DNA of 64,000 bases from Hormiphora californensis (lineage: Eukaryota > Animalia > Ctenophora). A program made the translations under genes and the position numbers. Positions 24,690 to 37,233 of this stretch are shown piece by piece (positions within the stretch are counted from its first letter, which is position 1; each line of letters begins with the position of its first letter). Where the stretch lies: NCBI GenBank assembly GCA_020137815.1, contig CM035359.1, positions 3,844,001-3,908,000 on the forward strand, read 5' to 3'. Under the pieces are notes generated by a model. That model was not told where the DNA came from. It ran no database searches and was given only the letters and a program-made list of their open reading frames with translations.

Positions 24690-24957
24690 GAGGATTAAAT
24701 AAGCTTTTCAACTATTGGCAGTCAAACACACCAAAAGTTTCACACCTTATACAGTAGCTAGGGTGACGCAAAATCAATAAAACTAACAAACTTACTTAAT
24801 AAACTAACAAAGTACAATATTCAGGAAGATTAGGGTTAAACGGGCCACAAGTATTGCCAATCGTAAATAGAGATTTCTTTTAAGTAGGCCAGTACGACCT
24901 GGATCATATTCTGATGATAATTGGAGATCAAGTAATCAGAGAGAGAGAGGAGAGAGT

Positions 24958-24996
<39 letters not shown>

Positions 24997-25113
24997 CACT
25001 TAATAATTGCTGTTCTAAGTTAACTCTCATCAGGTGTACATGAGAACTTGTTACAGAGCATCATGTAACAAAAACGTTGATCTGTTACCACGCTATATGA
25101 TGATCCAGTTTCT

Positions 25114-25150
<37 letters not shown>

Positions 25151-25559
25151 CTTCTCTCTCGTGCTCCTCTCTCTCTCTCCTCTCTCTCCTCCTCTCTCTC
25201 TCTCTCATTCTCCTCTCGGGTCTCTCTCTCTCTCTCCTCGCTCTCCTCCTCTCTCCTCGAATCTCCTCCTTCCCTCTTCTCTTCTCTCCCTCTCCCTCTC
25301 TTCTCTCCGATCTCTCTGTGCCCATCCCTCGGCTCTCTTCTCCTCCTCTCTCTCGTCTCCGGTTGCTCTTCCTTGCCTTTCTCGTCACCTCTCCTTCTTC
25401 TCCCTCATCTAACTCTCTCCTCTCTTTCCAACCTCTAACCTATATGACGATGCCTTCCCATCTCCAGCTCCATCTCTCTCCACCCCTTTACCGTCACTCC
25501 TCATCTCCCGGTCCCACAATCTCCGTATTCTCCTTACATCCTATTTGCCATACATTCTC

Positions 25560-28500
25560 CTAGAAAACGTCTTCTTAACTCCCGATTTCCCGCCCCTGTC
25601 CCCTTTTCTCTTCTACTCTCTCTAAGCTTTTCAATTTGAGGCATGAAGAAAGGACTTTGAACTATTTCAAAACATTTACAGAAAATTCTCCGAAAAACAC
25701 AGACATAAGGCCTTTCCCCCCGAAACTGTAATTCTTAAACAGCGAAGAACCAGATTGGGTAAAAGCGGGGAAATGGGAAACTAAAATAAGCTGGAAGACA
25801 CAAAACCTTTTTTTTCCCTCCGTTCATTTCTGTTCGTTTTACTTTAATTGGTAACGAAATTAAAAGCCACTAACCCTCTTTGTCAATTAGGTAATTTCCC
25901 CTACCTCTTCCTCCCCCCTTCCTCTTCCTCCCTCCTAAATCTTCTCTTGAACTTCTCTAAATTTTGAAATAGACTTTTTTCTTAAAAATCCCCCTTTTTC
26001 TATTTCTAAGATTCAACCCTTCATTTTTTTTTTAAATTATTAAAAAGATCACGAAATACTAACCCCAGTAATGGGGGCCCAAAAAACAGGCATATTAACA
26101 ATAAAAAAAAGGTAATCAAACCACGAATTTGTGAACTGGGGAAAAAGGGAAAAAAAACAAACCTAAGTTAAAAACCCCCAAAGAAAACCCCCTTTTTCCG
26201 GGGAAAAAATTTCCCCCCTCCAAACGCCCGGGCCCTTTTAAAACATGCACCTCGAAAAGAATTTTAATCCAGTTTCGTTTACGTTCTCCGTCTATGATCA
26301 AGGCTCGTTCTGATTGCATTAATAAAGAACCACGACGATGGGGGAGGGAAAGGGGGGGAAAATAAAAATAGAAGGGTAAACTGCTTGAAAAAATTAAGGA
26401 AGAATTTGCAAAAATACTTTTGGACATTAGCGTAATCCCCTCCTTTTTCCCCCTTCCTGTCTCTCTCACTCATCATTTCTTTGAGCTCTCTTTAAATGTG
26501 ATAAGGAGAACTGAAAATGATCTAAAATAAGCCGGCATTATGTAGGTAAGGTATTCAACTAAGTCATTCTTCTCTATAAAAGCTGTTAATAAAACCGAAT
26601 CACAAAACTAATGATCTAACGGAGTATCTGGGACTACAAAAAGATGCAGGCATACAACTTAATTCAATAAAAATTTCTCTAAATTTCTACAAAGGGACAC
26701 CGCAGTTTGTTGTTGAATAAGTCCTTTGCCGAAAATAAAGATAAAACGTGTAGAATGCAACACGGCGTGAAGTGATAACAAAGAACCCTCCAGAACCCTC
26801 CAGAACGCGCTGGAACTTTCATATATTGGATAGAGACGGAGCATGAAGGAAAGGGAGAGAGATTCCTGTCACTTATTTCTCACAGGACTTAGGTAACCAT
26901 GGGAACACTAATTCTCCCCCGGGACTCAGGGGCCACTCTCTCATACCTGCTCAATGGCCCATAGGATATACTGTCATCTATTTCCATTCAATATTACAGA
27001 TATCCCTTTTGTCTTTTCTCTCCGTATCCGAAATCCAGTAAAGGAAAGAATGGGTGTCCTTCAGACAAATTTAATATAGTAATTCCAATCGAAGATCTTA
27101 GATCTTTATTTACAACAAGTTCTAGAAAAGTCTCGTCATTTGTTTTCTCAACCTCCGATTATTTCAATCACATTTATTTTCCCTTCCGATACATCATAAA
27201 ATCAATGTTATTTGTTTTTAAAATGTCTTAAGGGCTCGGGACAGGATGATGCAGCCGCATTTCGACCGAGTCATATTACGGGAGAGAGAAAAAAAGGGGG
27301 AGGGGAGGAAAAAGGGGAAAAGGGGGGGAAAAAAAAAATGGGGGCGGGGTTGGGAAAGAAAATGAGGGAAAAGGGGGAAAGGAAAAGGGGAAGGAGGAGG
27401 AGAAAGAGAGAGGGGAAAGAAAAGGGAAAGGGGGAAGGATAAAATCAGGGATTTTCGTTCCTCCAACTGCCAAATACAAACAGTGGTCCTAGAACTCTCA
27501 CTCATGACTGATGACTATGAAACCAGCTAGGTAGTGCCGTACTGCAGAAAGTGACTAAACCGCCTTAAACCCCAGCTGGGGAATGAAAGACAAATTACAA
27601 CAAAATAAGTTACAACACTACTAACAGTACTACAAGGCCCATTGGTGAATCTTGTTATTACTCAAAAAGTTGAATCAGGATCGGACAAGGCTGATGTGTC
27701 CTATTTCTACACTAAAACAAGTCACAATAACAACTTCTAGATATATACTTTGACAGAACACTAAAACAAGTTACAATTTCTTCAGTATAGGACATGGAAA
27801 CTGGACAGTAAAACAAGTAAGATAACTGCTGCTGCACACACATACATCTGCAAGCTCCATTTGACAAATTGTGTGTGCTTCCCCTCTCTCTTCCAAAAAC
27901 CCAAACTTTTCTCCCGGGGCATACGGGGCCGGCAAAAAGCATGAAGGGGTAGGAGAAGGAGACGGAAACGGGAAGAGGGGAGAGAAGAAAAGCGCGGGGA
28001 AAGGGGAGAGAAGGGAAAAGAGTTAAACCCCCCCCCCTTTTGGGCGCTCGGGCCGGGGGGGCCCCTCCTGATTTGAAACCCGAGGAAGCTCGCAGAAGAA
28101 GGATTGAAGAGGGGGGCGTGTTGGTTAAAACAAAATGAGGGGGGGGTTTTTTTTTTTGGGGGGCCCCTTTTTTTTTTGGGGGGTCCGGCCCCCGGGGGGG
28201 GTGGGAGGAGGAAGGGGAGGGGGAAGGGGGGCGGGGGGGGGGGGGGGGGGGGAGGAAAATCACTTTTAAGCGGCCGGGGGTTGTTTGGGGCTCATTCTTT
28301 GGTAGGGCTTTTTCCTTTTCTCTTCCTCCTTCCCCCCTTTCTCTCTCCCGACCATTCCGAACGGCCCCACCCCCTTGGCAAAGCATCATTCCAAACCCAC
28401 CCCCCGTATGCAAAAAAGGCGGGGGGCCTGGTATACCCCAGGTAAATTTTGGTACACCAAACCGGAGGCGCGAAATTATAACGCTCAATCTGGGGGGAAA

Positions 28501-28700
28501 ACCAAAAAAATTTTTTCCCCGGAGGCCCCCAACAGGGGTTTTGCCCCTTTCCCCCCAAAAAATTGGGGGAAAAAGGGGGAGGGAAAAAGAAAAAAAGGGA
28601 AAGCAAAGAGACCGGAAAGGATAAAAGGGGAGAAGGGGAAAAAAGGAAGACTAAAGATGAGAAGAGGGTAGGATAAGGGGAGAGGAGGGCGGGAGGAAGA
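25560..28700. other. Homopolymer-inflated low-complexity tract, probable low-quality consensus
   Basis: Dense runs of G, C, A and T with no coherent ORFs, lying between (CT)n and (GA)n microsatellite blocks. Confidence 0.6.
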
Positions 28701-28896
28701 AAAGGGGAGAGAGGAGATGGAGAGAGACGGAGGGTTTAGAGAGATGAGAGGGAGGCGAGATTAGGGGAGGAGAGGGAGAGGGAGAATGAGAGGGAGAGGA
28801 GGATGAGATGAGGGGAGAGGAGAGAGAGAGAGGAGAGGAGGACCGAGAGAGAGAAAAGAGGAGGATGAGAGAGAGGAGAGAGAAGGAGAGAGGGGG

Positions 28897-28930
<34 letters not shown>

Positions 28931-29639
28931 GAGAGGGGGAGAGAGAGAGGGAGAGAGGGGGAGAGAGAGAGAAAGGGGGGCGAAAGAGAAAGAGAGATCA
29001 CAAGAGTGACTAAGAGAGCGAAGAAAGCAAGAGAAATTGATTGAAGAAAGCTACAGTTCAGATTTGAAAGATAGTTGGCTTTCTCTCTCTTTTCTCTCTC
29101 TCTCTCTCTCTCTCTCACTCTCTCTCTCCCACGTGACTCAGTTGACGCACACGTGACACACCTCCCTTGCACACAAGTAACAACTTCCCTGAATCCCTTA
29201 CTCATCACCCGCCACTGTGATGCAAGGATAAGGGACCACGTGGGCCATTGCACGTGATCACCCCCACCAGTAAATGCTTGTTACACACTATTACTGAGAG
29301 CTGCTGCAGTGCAGTATATTTTAACTACTGATAACAGCTCAATCATGTGAGAGAGAGCCCAAAATGATACAATCATGCACCGGAAGGCCAGGGGATGGAG
29401 CGAAGAGAATGAGAAGGGCCGGTATTGCCGTATTTTATCGCATGCATCAAGGGATGAACTGTAACGGGTGCATTAGTAAGGGGCAATTACTATAATGTGT
29501 CCTGTATCCAGATAGATCTGAATGTGTATCAGATTTGATCTAGGTACCGAAGCCTCACAGAGTGAGCTCATTCTGTGATTTTATGAAATTACAGAGCCAC
29601 ACAAATCGGAATATGCCATGTCAAGAACACCATCAACTA

Positions 29640-30148
29640 CCAGTTGGATCCTGGCCGTGGGGGGACGGTATCAGGTATTATCCCTCTCTCTGTCAGGATA
29701 ATAGATTGGTCTAAAAAACCGGTTGAACGGTGGTTGATGTGGTTGCGGTCCCAGTCTGGCCGAACCCGTTTTCATTCTGAAAATCTGAGCACGCCACAGT
29801 TTGCTCAGATCGAGTTGGCGGCCTACCATATAGGTTTCCTGGACACTTTGTCCTATGCTAAGGTACAATGACAATGGACCGTTTTAAACTTCAGCCAGCA
29901 AAACAGAGTGACAACAATTTTCCGCGACGGAAATGTACCGGTGTCAGTCCCTCACAGAGCCTCCCCCTCCCTGGATACGAGGAGTATCCAGTCCAGAATT
30001 GAGTTATTTTGTCTGGTATATACAGGTACCGGGGGTCTCTCCGGCATCCTCTTTAACCATTCCCCAAGAAGTAATTTGAACGCAGTGAGGTTTTTGGCTG
30101 AATTCAAATCACTTGGGAGAGTGTTCCATAGTCGGGTCGCTCCCTCAT
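29640..30148 (-). mobile_element. 3' fragment of a CR1-group LINE (RT C-terminus plus 3'UTR)
   Basis: ATRLWNTLPSDLNSAKNLTAFKLLLGEWL...NNSILDW is a typical non-LTR ORF2 C-terminal signature. The UTR extent is approximate. Confidence 0.65.
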
Positions 30149-30560
30149 GGGCGCCGTTACGATCTGGGTGTTTGGTGGCCTGTTTACAGGTGCATGCTTC
30201 CAAAAAAGTTGATTCACTAAAATGGCTTTACGCTCCAGTTGCAAAATTGAAACTGACATCAGGTTTTTGAAGCTGGTGTCAGTTTCCAGCTGGTGAACCA
30301 TGCTGTGCGTGATCTTCGATCACTAGCCCGATTTTCGGTGTGATTTGCATTAAAAGTAGCGCTGCGCACAGTGTCAGCACGACGGGTGTCATTTTGCACC
30401 AAGAAACTGACGTCAGTTTCAAATTTTGTAACTGGTCCCTTAACCGCCAAACCACTCAACCGTTTTGACTAATTCAAAGTTTATCTGGTAGAAAATGTCA
30501 AGGCCAAACACCAACCCAAACCCTAACCCTACTTTAGCCCTAACCCTAAAAAACTGTTTG
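30149..30560. mobile_element. Second copy of the CCCTAA-containing element, carrying a nested ~210-bp inverted-repeat MITE (~30230-30440)
   Basis: Matches 16377-16585 on both sides of an insert with CCAGTTGCAAAATTGAAACTGAC ... GTCAGTTTCAAATTTTGTAACTGG inverted repeats. Confidence 0.75.
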
Positions 30561-30964
30561 TTTTTATTTACGCCTCGGAAACTAGTTTTGGCTCTCAGTT
30601 CTCACGCCTTTCACGGTCGCTTATATTGGGAAAACGGTAATGGAAAACGGAGATACAGTAACACGACGTGCAACCGTAGCCAATCAGGGTGCTAGTACAT
30701 GCTGAACAAATTCACTTTTTGCCGCACGTTATGCAAAGTGTACTGTATTTCCATTACAGTAATGCGACTACAAGCAGCACTGTTTGTTTCTTGACCAATT
30801 TCATCAAACAAAAACTTTACGGGCTCACAAAATTATGCTCTTTCCGATGATATGCGGCTTTTTGCCGAAAAGTTAGAGCAAGTTAGAGCAAATACGACGC
30901 CGCGCGTGAAAAGGGGGTGACAACTTCAAAAAATCCGACCTTAGCGCTTTTCAAAAGAAAATAT

Positions 30965-31755
30965 GATTACAAGATTACAAGATTAAAATTATATTTATAA
31001 TGTCAATAAATTAAATAAATGTAATTATTGACACCCCGCTAATACACTAAACATATTGGTTCACAAGTATTAAAAAAAAATAAATATGTCCAACATGCGG
31101 ACGTTTCCGCCCGTAGCTACCTCTAGCTGGGTTATCTCGTCTAATTCAAACACTCTTCAATATCACATTGTATGTACAAAAAACATAATCAATAAACTGT
31201 CGTGATAACAAGTGATGAGTAGCGTGTAGAAGGGATGTTGTAGATAGTTTGTAGAATGAGGAATGAGGATGTGCTCGATATGGAGCAGCGCAAGGAAAAG
31301 GACCCAGGGATCGATGTGGAGGAGGTAGGAGTAAAGGACCCAGGGATCGATGAGGAGCAAGGTAGGAGTAAAGGACCCAGGGATCGATGTGGAGGAGGTA
31401 GGAGTAAAGGACCCAGGGATCGATGTGGAGCAGGTAGGAGTAGAGGACCCAGGGATCGAAGTGGAGCAAGGTAGGGAAAGGACCCAGGAATCGATGTGGA
31501 GGAGGTAGGAGTAAAGGACCCAGGGATAGATGTGAAGGAGGTTGGGAAAAGACCCAGGGATCGATGTGGAGCAAGGTAGGGAAAGGACCCAGGAATCGAT
31601 GTGGAGGAGGTAGGAGTAAAGGACCCAGGGATCGATGTGGAGGAGGTAGGAGTAAAGGACCAGGGATCGATGTGGAGGAGGTAGAAGTAGAGGACCCAGG
31701 GATCGATGTGGAGCAAGGTAGGGAAAGGACCCAGGAATCGATGTGGAGGAGGTAG
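30965..31755 (-). mobile_element. 3'UTR of an older copy of the same LINE family (minisatellite, unique 3' end and TCTTGTAA tail)
   Basis: Nearly identical to 31765-32550. Continues on the far side of the intact LINE at 37275-37425. Confidence 0.85.
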
Positions 31756-32089
31756 ATTACAAGATTACAAGATTACAAGATTAAAATTATATTTATAATG
31801 TCAATAAATTAAATAAATGTAATTATTGACACCCCGCTAATACACTAAACATATTGGTTCACAAGTATTAAAAAATAAATATGTCCAACATGCGGACGTT
31901 TCCGCCCGTAGCTACCTCTAGCTGGGTTATCTCGTCTAATTCAAACACTCTTCAATATCACATTGTATGTACAAAAAAAACAGAATCAATAAACTGTCGT
32001 GATAACAAGTGATGAGTAGCGTGTAGAAGGGATGTTGTAGATAGTTTGTAGAATGAGGAATGAGGATGTGCTCGATATGGAGCAGCGCA

Positions 32090-32803
32090 AGGAAAAGGAC
32101 CCAGGGATCGATGTGGAGGAGGTAGGAGTAAAGGACCCAGGGATCGATGAGGAGCAAGGTAGGAGTAAAGGACCCAGGGATCGATGTGGAGGAGGTAGGA
32201 GTAAAGGACCCAGGGATCGATGTGGAGCAGGTAGGAGTAGAGGACCCAGGGATCGATGTGGAGCAAGGTAGGGAAAGGACCCAGGAATCGATGTGGAGGA
32301 GGTAGGAGTAAAGGACCCAGGGATCGATGTGAAGGAGGTTGGGAAAAGACCCAGGGATCGATGTGGAGCAAGGTAGGGAAAGGACCCAGGAATCGATGTG
32401 GAGGAGGTAGGAGTAAAGGACCCAGGGATCAATGTGGAGGAGGTAGGAGTAAAGGACCCAGGGATCGATGTGGAGGAGGTAGAAGTAGAGGACCCAGGGA
32501 TCGATGTGGAGCAAGGTAGGGAAAGGACCCAGGAATCGATGTGGAGGAGGTAGGAGTAAAAGACCCAGAGATCGATGTGAAGGAGGTTGGGAAAAGACCC
32601 AGGGATCGATGTGGAGCAAGGTAGGGAAAGGAGTAAGGACCCAGGAATCGATGTGGAGGAGGTAGGAGTAAAGGACCCAGGGATCGATGTGGAGGAGGTA
32701 GGAGTAGAGGACCCAGGGATCGATGTGGAGGAGGTAGGAGTAAAGGACCCAGGAATCGATGTGGAGGAGGTAGGAGTAGAGGACCCAGGTATCGATGTGA
32801 AGG
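32090..32803. repeat. ~33-bp minisatellite (AGGACCCAGGGATCGATGTGGAGGAGGTAGGAGTA) in the LINE 3'UTR
   Basis: Over 20 variant units of about 30-33 bp. The same array is at 31295-31755 and 37275-37425. Confidence 0.95.
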
Positions 32804-32915
32804 AATACACGAGAAAAAGGGAGCCCAGGAATCAGGAATAGGAGTTGGAGACAGTAGTTACTCAGGAATCCATGTGGATGTACCAAATGTAGGGAAGTGA
32901 GGATTATTTTGCCGA

Positions 32916-35858
32916 TCATTGGTTGTATGCTCTAAAGAACAAGTGCGTCTTCAGGGATGTTTTAAAAGTAGTAAGGGATTCTGAGTCCCGGATTGATCGT
33001 GGTAGCTGATTCCATAATTTAGGTGCAGCAATACTGAAAGCGCCTCTAGTGTTCTCGTAGTGGTACTCACTCCTCCGCACCTCTTTCAGAGCGGTGACGT
33101 CATTATCCACTCGGAGTGATTTCACTTTCTGGGGCCGCTTCACTAACATCTCAGACATGTATGGAGGGGATTGATCATGAAGAGTCTTGTATACCATCAA
33201 GCAAATTTTGTACTCTATTCGCTGTTTCACAGGCAAGAAGTGTGATTTCATACGAAGTTTTGTTACACCGCGTTTTCCTCTTTTCCCGTAAATGTATCGT
33301 GTCGCACTGTTCTGAACTTTCTGTAGACGTTTCAGGTCAGAATCCTTTAATGAAACCAAAAGAGAGTTGCAATAATCGATACGGCTATGAATAAGGGTTG
33401 AAACCAGCTTAGTTTTCTGTGCCTTACTCAATTTTCCGGCTATTCTCCACATCTGTACCAGTTGTAGATTGCAAGCTTTGACAACTTTAGTAACGTGATC
33501 GGCCATTGATAATGTGCTGTCAAACATTACGCCCAAGTTTCTCGCTCTTGGGGTGACTTCTGTTTCGCCATCTTCTGGATTGATCAATATGTTCTCAATA
33601 TCAGGTGATTTACTCCATTTGTTTTTCAGGATGAGAACTTCCGTTTTCTCTGGGTTGAGCTTCAGCATACTATGAGCCATCCACAATTTTATGTGTGCCA
33701 TGCATTTCTGTAGTCTTTCGGTCACCTCACCGATTGATTCTGGTGAGAATGAAACATATATCTGACTATCATCAGCATACATATGTATGGTTAGGTCGTA
33801 TAATGCAGCAATCTTTTCCAGGTCCTTCATATATAGGATAAACAACAACGGGCCAAGAATAGACCCTTGGGGCACTCCGATTTCAATAGGTTTCGAACTG
33901 GACTCCGTCGATCCGATCTTAACCTTCGCAAAGCGTCCTGACAGGTAGGATTTGATCCATTTCAGAACACTACCTCCAATTCGATATTCATTCTCAAGTC
34001 GCCGTAACAGTTCTGAATGCGAGATGGTGTCGAACGCGGCCGAGAGGTCCAATAACACAAGAATCACCTGAGATTTGCTGTCAATCTGCAAGAGGATGTC
34101 ATTGACAATTTTCACGGTCGCCGTTTCGCAAGAATGTTTCGTTCTATAGGCGGACTGGAATTTAGCGAAAAGATCATGTTTTTCAAGATGGTCAATCAGC
34201 TGCTCAGCTACACATTTCTCTACTACCTTTGATAAAAATGATAAGTTGGAAATAGGTCTGTAGCTTTTCAATTGATCCGGATCCAATGACGCATTTTTGT
34301 GAGCAGGTCTTATTACAGCTGTTTTCAAGTTATCAGGCACTTCTCCTTGGGACAGACTGGAGTTGACAATCTTCGAGATTATTGGTAGGAGATGAGGTAA
34401 GGCACCTGTGAGTAGAGAGGTCGGTATAGGGTCAAGGGAACAATGTTTTTGGTTCATTCTTCGGATGGTAGATACAAGTTGTTCATCCGATACCGGTTTA
34501 AACGATGCAAGGACAGGCACTGATGTTGGTGTTCTCGTATCGGGCAAGTTAGGCAAGGTTTCTGAGAAGGATGGATCATTTCGAATATCTTGATAAATCT
34601 TTTCAACTTTGGAGTGAAAGAACTCACTCAGTAAATCCGGAAGTTTAGCAGGATCAGGCACTGTTGGGAGTGCTTTCGGGGTTTTATCTTTACCCAGCAG
34701 GTAGTTCATCACCTGATAGGTAGCAGATGGATTGCCCTCAGCAGCCTGAAGTCTGCGTCTGAAAAACTCTCGTCTAGCCCGTCTAAACACTGACCTTGCG
34801 TATCTCACTTCTCTTACAAACTCCCTTTCCGCTAGATCAAGTTCTTCATAAGTAACTCGATTGGGCTTCTTTAGCTTCTTCTTGTAAAGCCGTCGATACC
34901 TGCGCTCAGCCCCACGCCTGCTCTTCAGTGCTGTATAGCAGTCAACGTCAAACCACCGAGGTTTGTCACCGATCAAAAGTGTTTTCTCTTCAAGAGGTGC
35001 AAGCTCGTCTAGAATGTCTAATAAGAGTTCATCATACATCTCAACGCACTCAGTAAGAGATCGCCCAGGAAAATTGGGGCCCTTCAGCTCAGATTTCTGG
35101 ATCATTTCAGTTATAGCTTCCACCGTCACTCTTCGCATGCATCTAGATACAACAGTCTTTTTCTGAGGAAGACGGTTTGATGAGCCACAGTGAACGTTGA
35201 ATGACACCAGAAAATGATCAGGGACTTCTGGGGTAGGTAAAACATCGACATCACTCAAGAGGTAATCATCATTTGTGAGAACCAAATCAAGCCAACCTCC
35301 ATTTATGTGTGTTGGCTGGTCGATCTTCTGTTGCCAGTTATGGTCTCCAACTATCTGCATGAAGTTATCAGAAAAAGAGCAGCTGGGGTTCTCAATGTGA
35401 ATGTTGAAATCACCTGTTAATACTAGATGGCCTGACTTGGTCGTGAAGTCAGACAAGAAATCTCCAAATTCGTCCAAGAAAGCAGTCTGTTTAGACGCAT
35501 CTGGTGGGCGATAAACAACAGCCGCTCTAGTGAGCTCTACTCCTCGCCCCTCCACCGTCACCTCTAAACACTCAAAAGATGAAAATTGTCTGTTAGTTTT
35601 GCACCGCTTCACCGTCAAACCATTCCTAGAGATAACCGCTACACCCCCACCTCTGGATCCTCTCGAGAGGTTGATTAGTTGATAATCAAACTCAGAAATT
35701 TGTCTGCTAATGGAGTGTTCTTCTTCATGGAGCCAGCTCTCAGTAATGCACATAACATCGACACAGTTCTCAGAGACTAACATCATGACCTCCTCAAGTT
35801 TATTCCGGATAGAAAAGCAGTTCAAGTTAGCAAATCTGAGATAAGGAGCCTCTAACAT
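32916..35858 (-). CDS. LINE ORF2: AP endonuclease plus reverse transcriptase, 980 aa
   Basis: APE motifs (NLN..S, CITESWL, YRPP, GDFN, LDLV, PDH) and RT motifs (YRPISNLSFLSK, QSAYR, LDLSAAFD, GVPQGSILGP, YADD). Confidence 0.97.
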   Translation of the reverse strand: MLEAPYLRFANLNCFSIRNKLEEVMMLVSENCVDVMCITESWLHEEEHSISRQISEFDYQLINLSRGSRGGGVAVISRNGLTVKRCKTNRQFSSFECLEVTVEGRGVELTRAAVVYRPPDASKQTAFLDEFGDFLSDFTTKSGHLVLTGDFNIHIENPSCSFSDNFMQIVGDHNWQQKIDQPTHINGGWLDLVLTNDDYLLSDVDVLPTPEVPDHFLVSFNVHCGSSNRLPQKKTVVSRCMRRVTVEAITEMIQKSELKGPNFPGRSLTECVEMYDELLLDILDELAPLEEKTLLIGDKPRWFDVDCYTALKSRRGAERRYRRLYKKKLKKPNRVTYEELDLAEREFVREVRYARSVFRRARREFFRRRLQAAEGNPSATYQVMNYLLGKDKTPKALPTVPDPAKLPDLLSEFFHSKVEKIYQDIRNDPSFSETLPNLPDTRTPTSVPVLASFKPVSDEQLVSTIRRMNQKHCSLDPIPTSLLTGALPHLLPIISKIVNSSLSQGEVPDNLKTAVIRPAHKNASLDPDQLKSYRPISNLSFLSKVVEKCVAEQLIDHLEKHDLFAKFQSAYRTKHSCETATVKIVNDILLQIDSKSQVILVLLDLSAAFDTISHSELLRRLENEYRIGGSVLKWIKSYLSGRFAKVKIGSTESSSKPIEIGVPQGSILGPLLFILYMKDLEKIAALYDLTIHMYADDSQIYVSFSPESIGEVTERLQKCMAHIKLWMAHSMLKLNPEKTEVLILKNKWSKSPDIENILINPEDGETEVTPRARNLGVMFDSTLSMADHVTKVVKACNLQLVQMWRIAGKLSKAQKTKLVSTLIHSRIDYCNSLLVSLKDSDLKRLQKVQNSATRYIYGKRGKRGVTKLRMKSHFLPVKQRIEYKICLMVYKTLHDQSPPYMSEMLVKRPQKVKSLRVDNDVTALKEVRRSEYHYENTRGAFSIAAPKLWNQLPRSIRDSESLTTFKTSLKTHLFFRAYNQ

Positions 35859-35860
35859 CT

Positions 35861-37159
35861 CTAGTTTTTTGCCATCCCATTAATTATGTTGAGGCGCACT
35901 GGGCATTTGTGATCACCACTGAAATGGGTTATCGCATTAGCTTTATGTTCAGCAGAATGGTTACAATTAACACAGAGTTTTGTATGGGGAGCATCACATT
36001 TCTTCACATCGTGGTCACCGCCACATCTCTTACACACCGAGACATCACTTGTACAGTCCTTGCTAACATGATTGTACCCCTGGCACTTGTAGCATTGCTG
36101 GATATAGAAGCGCTCCTGAACATTCAGCCTCGATCTGCCGTAATACAACTTGCCTTCCTGCAGCAAACGTTTCTGGATCTCTACTGGAAGCCTAAGACCA
36201 ACATTGCACAGCTGCTTGTTTTTGAAGTGGCTCTTAACGTCAACGACAGTAGTGTTATTAGAGCTGAGCCATGGGTTTTTGGATAGAAGATTGTGCAGGA
36301 CCAATTTGTTGAGAGCCTCTTTGCCTACTCCCTCAGTTTCCAGAGGCACGCTAAGAACGGTCACTTTTGCAGTTAGGGTAACTGGAGCAACAGTAACCTC
36401 ATCAGGAGTCTTTTCGTCAATAATATCACTTACAGACTTCAAGTCCGTTGAGCTCGGAAATCCAATAACGATTTGATCCTCACCTTTGCAGTCAAGGAAG
36501 TTCAGAGGGGTCGACACCAATACCCTGTCAAGGGTCTTAGCTATTTCGGAAGCATCTTTGTTGGGACATTGTACCTTCAGTTTCAGAGATGGGGCCGATT
36601 TAAGAACGGGACGCGGTGGTGGGATGATGGGGAGCGGATCAGCTGTGGGGGCAGCTGGTTTATCAATCAAGGATGCATAGGTGGTTGAAGATTTGGGGGT
36701 GGTAACGAATTGGGAAGTGGAGGTTTTGATAGGAGTTGCCATAGAGTCCTGGAGGATCTCTAGGGAGGGAGAAGCAGATGACGGGTTTGATGGAGAAGGT
36801 GATCTATTGGGGAAGAAGGACTGGAGTACCGCAAGAATCTTAGACTCAATTTGATCATTCAATTGGCTCACCTTACCGTCCATTTCCTTAGAGAGGTCAT
36901 CAAAACGTGCCTCGAAATGAGGAGCTAGTTTAGCTGTCAAGGAATTTATTAACACCTGGTTTCCCTCATCAATGTCCCGCAATACTAGACACTGAGTACA
37001 CCACCAGTCATTAAAATTCTTCGGGAGCGTATTACCAGTATAGTTGGCAAAAAAGGGATTGGCACAGGTCTTGTGAAAGTGACTCTTACAGTTAGCACAC
37101 TGTACACGAACTCCCTTTGGATCAGTTTCCTCGCCGCACTTGCAGATATCGGAAGCCAT
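35861..37159 (-). CDS. LINE ORF1: N-terminal PHD finger, coiled coil and three C-terminal zinc knuckles
   Basis: C4HC3 pattern (CKC...CANC...H..C...WWCTQC); CYKCQGYNHVSKDC, CKRCGGDHDVKKC and CVNC...H...C. First in-frame ATG at 37159. The stop codon is 2 nt before the ORF2 ATG. Confidence 0.92.
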   Translation of the reverse strand: MASDICKCGEETDPKGVRVQCANCKSHFHKTCANPFFANYTGNTLPKNFNDWWCTQCLVLRDIDEGNQVLINSLTAKLAPHFEARFDDLSKEMDGKVSQLNDQIESKILAVLQSFFPNRSPSPSNPSSASPSLEILQDSMATPIKTSTSQFVTTPKSSTTYASLIDKPAAPTADPLPIIPPPRPVLKSAPSLKLKVQCPNKDASEIAKTLDRVLVSTPLNFLDCKGEDQIVIGFPSSTDLKSVSDIIDEKTPDEVTVAPVTLTAKVTVLSVPLETEGVGKEALNKLVLHNLLSKNPWLSSNNTTVVDVKSHFKNKQLCNVGLRLPVEIQKRLLQEGKLYYGRSRLNVQERFYIQQCYKCQGYNHVSKDCTSDVSVCKRCGGDHDVKKCDAPHTKLCVNCNHSAEHKANAITHFSGDHKCPVRLNIINGMAKN

Positions 37160-37233
37160 AGCTTTTCTGTTATCACCACAGTAGGTAGAAAGTTGTCTGC
37201 CCTCCTGGGCGATCACTGTGACATATCTACCTG

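Noticed and set aside
27500-27540. Minimal hammerhead-like string CTGATGA-CTAT-GAAACC...GGTA
   Set aside because: No stem II base pair and no stem I pairing; likely chance, and it lies within a low-quality region.
25560-28700. Pro/Gly/Lys-rich ORFs and G-quadruplex-like tracts
   Set aside because: Homopolymer-inflated sequence typical of poor long-read consensus; no coherent protein. The same applies to 53100-54310.
32090-32803. HDV-like ribozyme in the minisatellite unit (CCTCCTCCAC...CCCTGG)
   Set aside because: P1, P2 and P3 pairings could not be completed; the resemblance is superficial.
31146-32919. Long repetitive ORFs (LLHIDPWVLYSY, TPTSSTSIPGS) and a CRISPR-like appearance
   Set aside because: These are translations of a ~33-bp minisatellite. 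Units are directly tandem with no unique spacers, and the context is a eukaryotic LINE 3'UTR.
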